64,000 nt of DNA from Trichormus sp. ATA11-4-KO1 (GTDB lineage: Bacteria; Cyanobacteriota; Cyanobacteriia; Cyanobacteriales; Nostocaceae): positions 1-64,000 of the forward strand of contig JAHHIM010000018.1 in the NCBI GenBank assembly GCA_019358915.1. The letters are read 5' to 3'. Position numbers and translations under genes: made by a program. This document shows, piece after piece, positions 33,801 through 43,940 of this stretch. The stretch's first letter is position 1. Every line of letters begins with the position of its first letter. The notes beneath the pieces are model-generated. The model was not told the DNA's origin, searched no databases, and saw nothing but the letters and a program-made list of their open reading frames with translations.

Positions 33801-33889
33801 CCCACATGCCACACCTCAAAGAAGCTTTCCAAGCCCGCATTGAGGTGAATAAAACTCAGCAAGGTTCGCAGTTAAGTTTGTCAATTTAA
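30863..33889 (+). CDS. sbcC: Exonuclease SbcC
   Basis: GSNGAGKS, long coiled coil, CPLC zinc hook, YSGGE and IIDEGFG. Confidence 0.95.
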   Translation: MIPVQLILKNFLSYRDATLDFRGLHTACICGSNGAGKSSLLEAITWAIWGESRAGVEDDVIHSGAKEVRVDFVFQCNQQKYRVIRTRVRGASGVLEFQIETPSGFRAITGKGVRATQDLILEHIKLDYDTFINSAYLRQGRADEFMLKRPTERKEILAELLKLNQYDELEERAKESARQFKARAEELERSLESSKTQLQQREVTQAQRAELETELDQLQQVQAFENIQLQSLQVVQHQRQNWQQQLNFVRQQHQNLTQDSDRLQQEQLAVQSQLSDLKTILNQETEIKNGYTQYQSLQSQEEAFATKFQEYTRSTALRQQKQQQLTSQIHELERQLQQVQGQLAALAQQEQEIQHTLSKSAEVEAALAQLTAARRRVTQLDELQMQVSPLLQQRQNLQSQLDRVHAGLVARLEQLQATENQLQRSSRRQPQLQQAVMDVGIQIEQMEKDRVYLQRVQEKGQERRHFIERLQAQQREYERLLGELEQKLQMLRTPDAICPLCERPLDEHHWNRVVDKTKDEYKDTEGQLWVFREQMAVSDREIQLLRQEYREISQKLAPYDTLREQRGQLAAQLQSTSDADQQLQQLAAEKQHLERSLQAGDYAPDKQAELQQLEQYLQQLNYNEQDHALARSEVERWRWAEIKQGQIKDAAKRQAQIAARKPELQATIAQLQTRIQQDQTDSECAKQISELERHIADIGYSSEQHNNLRVAVRQAQSWQLRYQQLLSAQQQYPQLQQRWQDLEASRSARLDERQKLAHQIENITQELAQSANPTEQINALEQQIQARRRQLDEKIANLGRLEQLMLQLEALQIQYDQQQQQLQSCKQEQRVYQELAQAFGKNGIQALMIENVLPQLEAETNQLLSRLSANQLHVQFITQKSGRSGKSKKKNAKLIDTLDILIADSRGTRAYETYSGGEAFRINFAIRLALAKLLAQRAGAALQLLIIDEGFGTQDAEGCDRLIASINAIAGDFACILTVTHMPHLKEAFQARIEVNKTQQGSQLSLSI

Positions 33890-33939
33890 TTACTATAGAT
33901 GCACACCGATAACCCTTGTCCTCTGTTCCCCATTCTGAA

Positions 33940-34407
33940 TTATTCATTAACCCGTTGAATATTACCTATTTTTACCCAACCTTCTTGTTGATTTTCTGTG
34001 CGAATTTTTTGCCAGCCTTTATCCTGGCTTTCTTCCAGGACAATAATTTCTTCATTAAAAGCCACCCCACCGATACGTTCAGCATCCGGGTTTGGTTCTG
34101 ACCGTAAACTCAAACCTTGAGACCAAGTAACACTTCCTCTGTAAGCTCCCGGTGGTAATGATTCTGTGGGCGTGGGGGTGGGAGTTGGGGTAGGTGTGGA
34201 AGTGGGCGTTGAGGTCGGTTTCGCTTCTACCTCAGTCGCTTTAGGTGCTGTACTTGGTGACGAGGGACTATCATTAGCAAAAAGAGGCCTAGCAGGTGGT
34301 ATGGCAGTTCGATTCATGAAATAGAGTGCCACGGCAACACCACTACCCACTAAAACAGCGATCGCGAGGAAAACGCCTAATATAAACTTTAGTAAATTAG
34401 AAAGCAT
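33940..34407 (-). CDS. Bacterial SH3-domain membrane protein
   Basis: N-terminal TM helix, PT repeats and LSLRSEP...GWQKI...EGWV. Confidence 0.8.
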   Translation of the reverse strand: MLSNLLKFILGVFLAIAVLVGSGVAVALYFMNRTAIPPARPLFANDSPSSPSTAPKATEVEAKPTSTPTSTPTPTPTPTPTESLPPGAYRGSVTWSQGLSLRSEPNPDAERIGGVAFNEEIIVLEESQDKGWQKIRTENQQEGWVKIGNIQRVNE

Positions 34408-34508
34408 AGTTAAAACCTCATCACCAGTAGTCAATAGTCAATAGTAATTCATGATTAAATCCTGACTATTGACATAAGTAAAATTAATTACCTGATTATT
34501 GCATCACT

Positions 34509-34562
34509 TAGCACTCAGCACTCAGCACTCAGCACTCAGCACTAAAAAAGGCACTCAGCACT
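34509..34562. repeat. STRR heptamer (CAGCACT)n
   Basis: Five tandem units plus partial copies. The same family occurs inverted at 42437-42468 and 52329-52359. Confidence 0.85.
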
Positions 34563-34572
34563 TTGCTATACA

Positions 34573-36087
34573 TTAGCGTAGCTTCCCGAAAGCATCACTT
34601 AAGGAGCTATGTTTTGATGCTAAACGCGCTCTTCCCGCAGCCGCCCATTCTTGCAGTTGTTGAATTTGCTCTACGGCAGTTCGCGCCAGAGGGATGATTT
34701 GGCTAGCTGCTTCTAAAATGTCGTCAGTCGTAAAATCACGGTTTTGGCTAAATCCTATGTGCATTGCTTCAATCAAAGTTTGCTCAATTTCTGCTCCAGA
34801 AAAATCGGGTGTTTCATAAGCTAACCTGTCGATGTCATAACCTTTCAAGTTATGGGGGCGCAATCTGGATAAATGAACGTTAAAAATTGCTTTTCTCTCA
34901 TCTTGAGTCGGCAAACCCACAAAGAAAATTTCATCAAATCGCCCTTTACGCAACATTTCCGGCGGTAGGGCTTGGATGTCGTTAGCGGTGGACACCACAA
35001 ATACAGGTGAAGTTTTTTCAGCTAACCAAGTAATAAAAGTGCCAAACACTCGGCTCGTAGTACCAGCATCACCTTTGCTACCAAGTCCCGAAAAAGCTTT
35101 ATCTATTTCATCAATCCACAATACACAAGGCGCAAGGGCTTCCGCGACCTGAATCATTTGGCGAGTGCGGGATTCTGATTCACCCACTAAACCACCAAAT
35201 AATCGCCCCACATCTAAGCGTAGTAGAGGTAAATGCCAGTGATGAGCGATCGCTTTTGCTGTTAAAGATTTACCTGTTCCTTGAATACCTACCAACATTA
35301 AACCACGGGGATGCGGTAATCCATACTGGCGCGCTCTTTCTGTAAACGACCCGCCTCGACGAATGAGCCAATCTTTGAGATTATCCAGTCCGCCAATATC
35401 AGAAATTTGCTCAGTGGCTGGGTAAAAGTCCAGGATTTGGGTTTGGCGGATGGTTTGGCGTTTTTCTTCCAAAACCAAGTCTACATCCTCTGGTTGTAAT
35501 TCTCCATGGGAGGCGATCGCTCTCGCTAAAACCCGGCGAATCCTCTCCATCGACAGCCCTTGACAAGAGCGCACCAAGTCATCCAGAATTTTTCCAGAAA
35601 GGGAATTATTACCAGTAGTTTGCAGTAAGCGTTCCACTTCTATTTTAATTTCTGGGGCTGCGGGTAAGGGAAACTCAACAACCGTCAAAACTTCGGTTAA
35701 ATCGTCAGGAATGGCAATGCGCGGTGAGAGTAATACTAAATTTTTGGGTTGGGATTTTAGCAGTCTGGCCAAGTTGCGGAGTTTGCGAGCGATCGCTACA
35801 TCTTCTAAAAAGCGATGATAATCTCTTAAAATCAACACAGCTGGTGCCGAAGCTGGTAATTTTTCCACAAATTCCAAAGCTTGCAGAGGGTTACGTTTAC
35901 CAAACCCTGCATCATTGGGGTTTCCCTGGTAGCCATCGACAAAATCCCAAGTATATACTGGACGATTACCTTGATTGGCTGCTTCTTCCCGGATTGCTAC
36001 TTCTACGCGCTCTTCTTCATAGGTAGGAATATAAATTAAAGGGTAGCGGGCACGTAATAATAATTTAAATTCTTCACGGAAGTTCAT
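34573..36087 (-). CDS. ycf46: AAA+ ATPase, Ycf46 family
   Basis: [25 protein letters not shown] and [11 protein letters not shown]. Confidence 0.9.
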   Translation of the reverse strand: MNFREEFKLLLRARYPLIYIPTYEEERVEVAIREEAANQGNRPVYTWDFVDGYQGNPNDAGFGKRNPLQALEFVEKLPASAPAVLILRDYHRFLEDVAIARKLRNLARLLKSQPKNLVLLSPRIAIPDDLTEVLTVVEFPLPAAPEIKIEVERLLQTTGNNSLSGKILDDLVRSCQGLSMERIRRVLARAIASHGELQPEDVDLVLEEKRQTIRQTQILDFYPATEQISDIGGLDNLKDWLIRRGGSFTERARQYGLPHPRGLMLVGIQGTGKSLTAKAIAHHWHLPLLRLDVGRLFGGLVGESESRTRQMIQVAEALAPCVLWIDEIDKAFSGLGSKGDAGTTSRVFGTFITWLAEKTSPVFVVSTANDIQALPPEMLRKGRFDEIFFVGLPTQDERKAIFNVHLSRLRPHNLKGYDIDRLAYETPDFSGAEIEQTLIEAMHIGFSQNRDFTTDDILEAASQIIPLARTAVEQIQQLQEWAAAGRARLASKHSSLSDAFGKLR

Positions 36088-36098
36088 GCATGGACTCC

Positions 36099-36138
36099 AA
36101 TTTGTAATTCGTAATTCGTAATTCGTAATTCGTAATTC
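36099..36138. repeat. STRR heptamer (AATTCGT)n
   Basis: About 5.5 tandem units. Confidence 0.85.
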
Positions 36139-36338
36139 AGAATGACATGTTAAGTGTAATTATCCTGCTTACTCCCTACTCTCCACCTTTTAAGAGTAGT
36201 TTTTGAGAATAATGAAAATAATTAAGTATTTTCTCAATTGTTTAACGTGGTTTATTTATTTCAACGTGAATTCCCCCGTCCCTTCTTCTGGGAAGGTGAT
36301 CGCATTTTTAACTCAAATACCAGGGAGCGATCGCTTTG

Positions 36339-37133
36339 TCATAAACTATCTGGGTCAATACCCAATTCTCGCAGTTTTGTTGCTAAACGTTCAGCGCGTT
36401 GTATTTCTTGTTCAGCACGCTGTCTTTCTTGTTCAGCGCGTTGTATTTCTTGTTCAGCACGCTGTCTTTCTTGTTCAGCACGTTGCATTTCTTGTTCAGC
36501 GCGTTTCCCTTCCCACTGTGCGATTTCTTCAGGTGTAGGCATTAATTGTCCTTCCGCAGTGAAATAACGCAACTGATTTTCATGCACACCCAAGTATAAA
36601 CTTAACTGCTGACTCCACAATAAACCTTGAGGGTTAGGTTCTATGGGTTGATATGTGCCACCAACTAAAATAAACCCAGCAAATTCTAAATTCTTGGGGT
36701 CAAACCAAAAGTATTCGGGAGTACGGAAGATATCTTGGTAAATTTGTTTTTTTAAACCTTTGTCAGTGGCTGCTGTGGATTTTGAAAGCAGTTCTATAAT
36801 CAAATTGGGATATTTGCCATCCTCTTCCCACACAACCCAACTGTCACGGGGTTTGCGTTCAGTATCTCGCACAATAAAAAAATCTGGACCGCGAAAATCT
36901 TCTATCTTACGCTGACGAGGGCTGTAATAGATACTGAGATTACCAGCAGCAAAAAAATCATCATGGTCTCGCCACCACCATTCAAGACATTTGATTAATA
37001 GCAGCATTTGCTGCAAATGTAGAGATGTTTCCAAGGGCGGTTCGTTACTTTCTAAATTCCCTGGTGGAAATATTACATCTTTTGGTGGTTCAAAGTCTTT
37101 AGCGACAGACATGGCTGCAAGTGTTGGGGTCAT
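36339..37133 (-). CDS. Uma2/DUF820 family endonuclease with a heptad-repeat tail
   Basis: GPDFF, PNLIIELLS and EYFWFDP; the C-terminal RAEQE repeats are encoded by 21-bp tandem units at 36389-36505. Confidence 0.9.
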   Translation of the reverse strand: MTPTLAAMSVAKDFEPPKDVIFPPGNLESNEPPLETSLHLQQMLLLIKCLEWWWRDHDDFFAAGNLSIYYSPRQRKIEDFRGPDFFIVRDTERKPRDSWVVWEEDGKYPNLIIELLSKSTAATDKGLKKQIYQDIFRTPEYFWFDPKNLEFAGFILVGGTYQPIEPNPQGLLWSQQLSLYLGVHENQLRYFTAEGQLMPTPEEIAQWEGKRAEQEMQRAEQERQRAEQEIQRAEQERQRAEQEIQRAERLATKLRELGIDPDSL

Positions 37134-37143
37134 ATACCTTATA

Positions 37144-37983
37144 CTACAATCCTACAACCTGCGGATGTTCTGCCAACCAACTATCAATATCACCCAACAC
37201 CTGTTGGGGAATCTCCCACGGAAATAAATGCGCGGTATGAGGATAACAATGCCACTGGCTATTTTTCAGGTGTCGGGCAGTTTCTAAGCTAGACTCAGCC
37301 GTGATGTGGCGGTCTTCTTTCCCCGCAAGTACCAGACTAGGGCAGTGAATTTGCTGTAAATCTGTGAGTCGATTGTAACCAGATTTGAGGGCAGTATAGA
37401 GAGCGCGAGTTGCCGGAGGCGAGGTTTGTAAATAAGCTTGTACTGCTTCTTGGGCAATATAATTATAGGCTGTGGACGTATGTTGTTGGATTAAATAACG
37501 AAACAGCGATCGCTTGCCAAAAGTCTCTATATTCCACTGCCAACTCGGTTGGAGATAATTCAAAATCCCGGCAACACCAGTATATAAATTATCTTGCCAA
37601 GTCACGGAGGGATGATTTCCCTGGGGTCTGGCTGCTGTCGCCACCAAAATTAAACCAGTAACGCGCTGTGGTAGTCGCAAAGCCATTTCCATTGCCAAAA
37701 TCCCACCAAGCGACCATCCTAAGATGAGGCATTTTTCCATACCAAAGCGGTCTAGCAAAGCTTCTAAGTCGGTTAAATGGTCAGACATCTCAAAATTGAC
37801 CTTGCAGCGACTTTTGCCATATCCACGCAAATCTGGGGCAAAAGTTTGGTAACGCTTTGCTAGGTGATTGGTAAAAACAGAAAGATTACGACCAGATCCA
37901 GGATGACCATGTAAGCCCAAAATAGGGAATCCTTGACCTTGGATGTAAGTGTTGAGGTTTGCAGCTGTCGTAGAAGAAGACAT
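37144..37983 (-). CDS. Alpha/beta hydrolase
   Basis: LHGHPG, DLRGYGKS and GWSLGG; likely start ATG 37983. Confidence 0.88.
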   Translation of the reverse strand: MSSSTTAANLNTYIQGQGFPILGLHGHPGSGRNLSVFTNHLAKRYQTFAPDLRGYGKSRCKVNFEMSDHLTDLEALLDRFGMEKCLILGWSLGGILAMEMALRLPQRVTGLILVATAARPQGNHPSVTWQDNLYTGVAGILNYLQPSWQWNIETFGKRSLFRYLIQQHTSTAYNYIAQEAVQAYLQTSPPATRALYTALKSGYNRLTDLQQIHCPSLVLAGKEDRHITAESSLETARHLKNSQWHCYPHTAHLFPWEIPQQVLGDIDSWLAEHPQVVGL

Positions 37984-38056
37984 GATTGTCGGTTTTTTGA
38001 TCAATATAGTGTTCAGGTGACAGAGGACAAGAAGACAAGGAAACAAGGGGAGATTA

Positions 38057-38743
38057 CTAATATGAGTTGTCCCCCCATCCCCCCTGCTCCCCTGCTCCCC
38101 TGCTCCCCATTTTCTCGACATATCCACCAGCATAAGTAATCACACACATCTGCCTGTATCTGGCATGAATTCCAAAGGCCACGCCAGCGACTTTAAAACC
38201 AGAGTTAAATATATTGTGGCGATGACCGCGTGACGGTACGCCGTCATCAATAATTAACTGCATGATGATATCTTGGGCTGTGCTAGAACCATAGCTGATG
38301 TTTTCGCCTGCGGTGATTTGCCATTTCCCATAACGGCTGATACGAGTAAACGGATCACTGCCATCACTACCGGAATGACCTGTAATACCTTTTGTACCTT
38401 GGTCTTTGACGTGATCTCTAGCGGCTAAAGACATGCCTGTAGATACATTCAATGCTCCCACAGGAGGAGCTAACTTGAGAAAAGCGATCGCCTCATCAAC
38501 TGCTTTCACTCCTTCCTGAGTTTGCAAATAAACATAATCAGATATTTTGACTTGTTGGCCTTGGAATTGCCTTTTCCATTGTTCCAGAATCGGTAGGTAT
38601 GTAGTTGGATTGATTCGCACCTGATTCATTTCTGCTATTATCTGTTTTTCCAACTGCGAGAGGATATTTCCCTGTGCTAAATTCTCAGTACCTGGTTGAG
38701 AAATTATCGGCAATAATTTCCAAAGATTCATCAATAACCTCAC
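38057..38743 (-). CDS. CAP (SCP) domain protein
   Basis: [15 protein letters not shown] and [13 protein letters not shown]. Confidence 0.85.
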   Translation of the reverse strand: MRLLMNLWKLLPIISQPGTENLAQGNILSQLEKQIIAEMNQVRINPTTYLPILEQWKRQFQGQQVKISDYVYLQTQEGVKAVDEAIAFLKLAPPVGALNVSTGMSLAARDHVKDQGTKGITGHSGSDGSDPFTRISRYGKWQITAGENISYGSSTAQDIIMQLIIDDGVPSRGHRHNIFNSGFKVAGVAFGIHARYRQMCVITYAGGYVEKMGSRGAGEQGGWGDNSY

Positions 38744-39013
38744 AAATTAGGAGCGCACATTCAATATATATAGGCTCCACAGGAAAGGTAAAAGTTTTCG
38801 TAACCACCGACAGTTAATTTTTGGGCAAGTGTGTTTAAGTAAGTGCGATCGCTAAAAGCTACAAGGTAGCAAGGATAGAAATATTAATTTCATCCATAAC
38901 AGTAAAATCACTAACTTACAGTTACTTTAGTTACAAAAAAACAACTACAAGCCATGTGCTTTTTGGTTTAAATTCTGTAAAATCGAAATCTAAATTACAA
39001 AATCAAAAATTGT

Positions 39014-39544
39014 ATGATGCGTTGGCTAAGTTTACTCCCGATGCTGCTGAGTATTTTACTCATGGGCTGCTCTATGCAGACAACCGCTAAATCTTCCTTA
39101 AACACCCCAAGTTCTCAAGCTCAAACACCAGAAAACCTTGGTCAAATACTACCGATTTCTGCGGAGGCAATTGTTCCTAATGGTACTAAGATTCAATTGG
39201 AAGTGGCACGCACACCGGAACAGCAAGCAAAGGGCTTGATGTATCGAGCGGCTTTACCTAATAATCGCGGGATGTTATTCCCATTCCCTTCTGCACAACC
39301 AGTGAGATTTTGGATGAAAAATGTCCCGGTTCCTTTAGATATGGTCTTTTTACAAAATGGGGTTGTGAAGTATATTCAGGCTTCTGCACCTCCTTGCGCT
39401 AGTGAGCCTTGTCCAACTTATGGGCCTGATGTACCCATTGACACGGTGATTGAACTGCGTTCTGGAAGAGCTGCCGAATTAAATTTACAATCAGGCGATC
39501 GCGTCAAAATTGAGTTTCTAGAAACGGGATATTTACGGAAATAA
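39014..39544 (+). CDS. DUF192 family lipoprotein
   Basis: Lipobox LMGC, GLMYR, GMLF and FWMKNV motifs. Confidence 0.88.
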   Translation: MMRWLSLLPMLLSILLMGCSMQTTAKSSLNTPSSQAQTPENLGQILPISAEAIVPNGTKIQLEVARTPEQQAKGLMYRAALPNNRGMLFPFPSAQPVRFWMKNVPVPLDMVFLQNGVVKYIQASAPPCASEPCPTYGPDVPIDTVIELRSGRAAELNLQSGDRVKIEFLETGYLRK

Positions 39545-40066
39545 ACATTCGCTTGCCCTATGCAGTAAGCTGCGGCAAATGCTGAATTAATGAGCTTTCT
39601 GTAAAAAAACTATCAAGTAGGTATAAAAAAGTAAATTGTCCGGCTACTATTTATTATGATGTCAAGCATAGGAAAATTTGCAGTTTCAAGGTACAATCAC
39701 ATTTCCACAGTTTAACCGCCAAAAATCTGCCTTTTGGCGTAAGTGTAAACAGATGCTCATAGGAGAGTATTAGCTATGGAATCTTCGTTACTGGATGTGT
39801 AATTCATTTAAACACCATACTAAAAAGGGTAAAAACAATTTAACCTGAGTAGTCTGTTGTTTAAGAATTGAGCAGATAAGTGGTGTTATCAAGTCAAGAT
39901 TTCCGAATTTTCTCGATGAAAGCGGTTTATTTGAGAAATTTTAGACAAATCTGTTGAAGTGTTTATCCGGTAATCACCAGTTAGCAATGAAATATTAGCT
40001 GCGGGCTACTGAGAAATGGTAAAGCGATATATGACAATACATTCAATACAAGGAGGTGAGTTACAA

Positions 40067-40258
40067 ATGTCACCATCAACATATTCTCGACTAATTCATT
40101 TTTTACAGGAAGATTTGGCAATTTCTACGGCATCACTGGCCGTTGCCCTGCGGCATCGGGAGCAAGATCCAGGGCCGTTACCAATGATTCTTTGGCAATA
40201 TGGGTTGATTACTTTAGAACAGTTAGAACAAATTTATGATTGGCTAGAGACGGCGTAG
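40067..40258 (+). CDS. DUF2949 family protein
   Basis: LPMILWQYGLITLEQLEQIYDWL; AGGAGG RBS at 40051. Confidence 0.85.
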   Translation: MSPSTYSRLIHFLQEDLAISTASLAVALRHREQDPGPLPMILWQYGLITLEQLEQIYDWLETA

Positions 40259-40701
40259 TATAGTTATGGATGGTGTTCGCCTAATGTTTCGTCAAGTCTT
40301 TGAGACATAGATTTTAGAACCTCTGGTACACTATGGCTTTAAACGCAGCCATGCCCGTAAAGCTTTACACCACGCTCAACGAACACGCTAGCAGAGCTTA
40401 TGCCTACGGCACACTACGTGAAAGCTTTAACGATATGTTTACCATGTGGTGTACTCGACAGAAAAAAAGAAAGAGTTATCGGTAATCGCTTTTTTTTGGC
40501 GCTCGGTCTGGCATAATCAAACTTCTAACTAGTAACAGCATAAGAAAGGGGATAAGTGACAGGCTTCGCCATGAGGCTTCAACGGTGACAGAATGGGAAT
40601 ACAGCGATTTCATTCGTGTAGAAAAATGGCGAAATATTTATGCTTAGGTACTTAGATCAGAAAATTGATTGTCACGGTTTCTATTCATTTACAGACAAAA
40701 C

Positions 40702-40731
40702 AAAAAAGCGAGTTAATTAACTCGCTTTTTT
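40702..40731. terminator. Bidirectional intrinsic terminator
   Basis: Perfect palindrome AAAAAAGCGAGTTAATTAACTCGCTTTTTT. Confidence 0.8.
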
Positions 40732-40765
40732 AATTTTGAGTAGCACAACAATACTCAGGAAGCAT

Positions 40766-41920
40766 TCAGGACTGACTAAAAACTCTAGCTGCTGCCGCTA
40801 TACCAGCACCAGGAGTGAAGTTTTCGTGGCCAAGTTCACAAAGAATCACTTCTAGGGATGCTATGCAACTAAGAATATCGCGATCGCTAACAAAGCCCAA
40901 GTGCCCTATGCGGAAAATTTTATTTTTCAGATGGTCTTGACCGCCTGCTAAAGCAATATCAAAACGCTTGTTCATCAATGACCGAATTTTATCCGCTTCT
41001 ACGCCTTGTGGTGCTACAGCCGTAATCGCCGGACTAGCGTAATCATCTGAGCCAAATAATGGTAAATTCAAACCTCGAACAGCAGCACGGGTAGCGTTCT
41101 TGAGTCTTTGGTGGCGGGCAAATATTGACTCCAAGCCTTCCGCTTTCATCATCCGCAATGTGGTGTGTAAAGCCACAATCAAGTTTACGGGTGGAGTAAA
41201 TGGGGTAGTATTTTTGGCTGTAGATTTGCGATATTTACCTAAATCTAAATAATACTTTGGTAATTTCGCCGTTTTGTAAGCTTCCCAAGCTTTGGGACTA
41301 ACAGAAACAAATCCCAAACCAGGCGGAATCATATAGCCTTTTTGGGAACCAGAAGCGACTACATCCAAACCCCAGGTATCTATGGGCAAATTGAATGCAC
41401 CCAAGCTAGTGACTGCATCAACAATAATTAAAGCTTCACCATGCTCCTTGACGTGGCGGTTAATGGTTTCTAAGTCATTCAACACACCCGTTGAGGTTTC
41501 GCTGTGGGTAATAATGACGGCTTTAATTTGCTTTTGGCTGTCCGCTTGTAATTTTTCGGCAAACAGCGTCGTGTCTAAGGGTTTACCCCATTCGGCAGTG
41601 ATGGCTTCTACATGCAAACCATAGGCTTGACCAATTTCTACCCAGCGTTCACCAAACTTACCATTAGAGCCAACTAAAATGCGATCGCCTGGAGAAAGAA
41701 AATTAATTATTCCGGCTTCCACCGCACCCGTACCACTGACATTCAGCATTAAAACATCGCTTTGAGTTTGGTGCAACCATTTGAGGTTTTCTGTTACCTC
41801 AGCCATGATGTTGCTAAATTCACTGGTGCGATGTCCAATTGGGTGCTTGGCTAATGCCAGTAAAGCGGCTTCTGGCACCGGCGTTGGGCCAGGAATCATG
41901 AGCATCAGCTTATTGTCCAT
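40766..41920 (-). CDS. Class V PLP aminotransferase (alanine--glyoxylate/serine--pyruvate family)
   Basis: MIPGPTP, HSETSTG, VDAVTS, SGSQKGY and FRIGHLG. Confidence 0.92.
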   Translation of the reverse strand: MDNKLMLMIPGPTPVPEAALLALAKHPIGHRTSEFSNIMAEVTENLKWLHQTQSDVLMLNVSGTGAVEAGIINFLSPGDRILVGSNGKFGERWVEIGQAYGLHVEAITAEWGKPLDTTLFAEKLQADSQKQIKAVIITHSETSTGVLNDLETINRHVKEHGEALIIVDAVTSLGAFNLPIDTWGLDVVASGSQKGYMIPPGLGFVSVSPKAWEAYKTAKLPKYYLDLGKYRKSTAKNTTPFTPPVNLIVALHTTLRMMKAEGLESIFARHQRLKNATRAAVRGLNLPLFGSDDYASPAITAVAPQGVEADKIRSLMNKRFDIALAGGQDHLKNKIFRIGHLGFVSDRDILSCIASLEVILCELGHENFTPGAGIAAAARVFSQS

Positions 41921-42546
41921 TTGTTTGTCCTAAAATCAAATAAAAGTTAAATGTGTAGGGGATAGTTAAATCCTGGTGGCAAATTCTAGCTAGATATTCA
42001 CCTGCATCTACATCTAAAAATAAAGGATCTAGCCCTGGCGATGAAAAAAAGCCCTCCAGCAAACTACGTGTTAGCGGAGCTTGAGCGATACACGCGCCAG
42101 ATGCTTATATAGAAAAAGTACCATTAGAGCTAGATGCTGGTCAGCTTGACCTATGTAACTTGTGGATACTCCGACTAACCTGATTTTGTTTTAGTTAATC
42201 TCACCAGGCGCATAGACACCAAAAGGCATCTGATCGTAGAGTAGCGACTTTTTGTAAGCTAGTAGGAAAGAGACATCAAATTTTTACCCACTTTGTCTAA
42301 GTTCTTCAGCAACGTCTATTTAGAATCTCACAAATTGGCGTACAGAGCAATATACTTCCGTGAAGAAGAATGATAGTCAGGGTACGGCATCAGTAACTAT
42401 TGTTTGCTGTGCCCCTTTTGAAGACTCCTAAGAAATAGTGCTGAGTGCTGAGTGCTGAGTGCTGAGTGAGGAGGAATAAAAAATAGGGAGTATGACAACA
42501 CAAGTACTTGATAATTAATTGATAGAGAAGTCTAGTACGAGTAAAT

Positions 42547-43527
42547 ATGCAGATTAGCCAAGAACTATCTCTCCCCAGTATGGGCTGTGGCACTTGGGCA
42601 TGGGGTAACAAATTGCTTTGGGGATATGACCAGAGCATGGATGAGCAGTTACAAGCCGTTTTTAACCTTTGTGTTAGCAACGGTGTCACCTTATTTGATA
42701 CAGGCGATTCTTACGGAACTGGGAGATTAAATGGACGCAGTGAGTTACTCCTAGGGCAATTTACTAAAGACTATCAAGGTGTGGGCGAAAATAATATTTG
42801 CATTGCCACTAAGCTTGCTGCTTATCCTTGGCGATGGACACGCCAATCAATGATTAAGGCTTGTAAGTCTTCTGCTAAACGTTTGGGCAGAAATGTAGAC
42901 TTAGTTCAGATGCACTGGTCAACAGCCAATTATGCACCTTGGCAAGAATTAGGCTTGTTAGATGGTCTAGCTGATTTATATGAACAAGGGTTAGTTAAGG
43001 GAGTAGGCTTATCTAATTACGGACCTAAACGGCTGCAACACGTCCATAAAAAGTTTGCGGCGCGGGGAGTTCCCATTACTACTGTACAAGTTCAGTACTC
43101 TTTGCTATCTACGTATCCTGTCACCCAACTAAAACTGAAAGATGTTTGTGACCAACTAGGGATAAAATTGATTGCCTATAGTCCTCTAGCATTAGGGATA
43201 TTGACAGGAAAATACTCAGAGAAAGGTAGTTTACCCAAAGGTATCCGGGGCTTGTTGTTTAGACAGCTATTACCAGGAGTGCGATCGCTTTTAGCATGTT
43301 TGCGAGAGATAGCTGAATTCAGAAACAAAAGCATGTCCCAAGTAGCCATCAACTGGTGTATTTGTAAAGGAACTATTCCCATCCCTGGCGCGAAAAATGC
43401 AGAACAGGCACAGCAGAACATTGGTGCTTTGGGTTGGCAGTTAGATTCTGGCGAAATTACCGCATTAGATCAAGCTGCTGCAAGTACAGACAAAAAAATG
43501 GTACAAAACATCTTTCAAACTCAGTAA
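42547..43527 (+). CDS. Aldo/keto reductase
   Basis: GCGTWAWG, FDTGDSYG, GVGLSNY, AYSPL and PIPGAK. Confidence 0.92.
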   Translation: MQISQELSLPSMGCGTWAWGNKLLWGYDQSMDEQLQAVFNLCVSNGVTLFDTGDSYGTGRLNGRSELLLGQFTKDYQGVGENNICIATKLAAYPWRWTRQSMIKACKSSAKRLGRNVDLVQMHWSTANYAPWQELGLLDGLADLYEQGLVKGVGLSNYGPKRLQHVHKKFAARGVPITTVQVQYSLLSTYPVTQLKLKDVCDQLGIKLIAYSPLALGILTGKYSEKGSLPKGIRGLLFRQLLPGVRSLLACLREIAEFRNKSMSQVAINWCICKGTIPIPGAKNAEQAQQNIGALGWQLDSGEITALDQAAASTDKKMVQNIFQTQ

Positions 43528-43605
43528 GCACGCAAAGACACAAAGAAAAAGACAGGAAATTTTGGCATTTTGTCCCTTTATCCCTTTGCTCCCCATTCCC
43601 TCATC

Positions 43606-43806
43606 TTAGGGATCTTCAGGAAAAACCCATTTTGGTGGTTCCGTCATCTTTTTCCGCAGGCGTTCTTCCGCCATTTCCAGCATTTGGTCTAAGGAAGTCT
43701 CTTGGATAAATTTGGTAGCAGCCTCTCTAAACTCGATATTGGGGCATTTATCCCCTAACACGCAGCCGTTGACACAGGCTTCAGCGCAATTGATTTTCTG
43801 CTCCAT
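43606..43806 (-). CDS. Small Cys-rich hypothetical protein
   Basis: CAEACVNGCVLGDKCPN motif; GAGAGG RBS upstream. Confidence 0.7.
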   Translation of the reverse strand: MEQKINCAEACVNGCVLGDKCPNIEFREAATKFIQETSLDQMLEMAEERLRKKMTEPPKWVFPEDP

Positions 43807-43940
43807 AGTGAATTCCTCTCTTTAAAATCTGAGTTTTAACTCTGTACTCTTAGATATCAAGTTCCCTTAATTGACCATCATAAAACTCCTGTTACGCTAA
43901 GAGCATATATGTATGCAATGTTTTGCTAGAAAGGGCGCTC

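Noticed and set aside
30863..33889. SMC-like protein as a Wadjet or Lamassu defence component
   Set aside because: It has the typical SbcC architecture with a zinc hook and no defence partner genes.
36389..36505. 21-bp tandem repeats as a mini-CRISPR
   Set aside because: There are no spacers; the units encode the RAEQE coiled-coil tail of the Uma2 protein. The overlapping plus-strand ORFs at 36203 and 36238 are shadows of it.
38900..38935. NtcA-like boxes upstream of the DUF192 gene
   Set aside because: Each has a mismatch to GTA-N8-TAC in AT-rich DNA, which is not distinguishable from chance.
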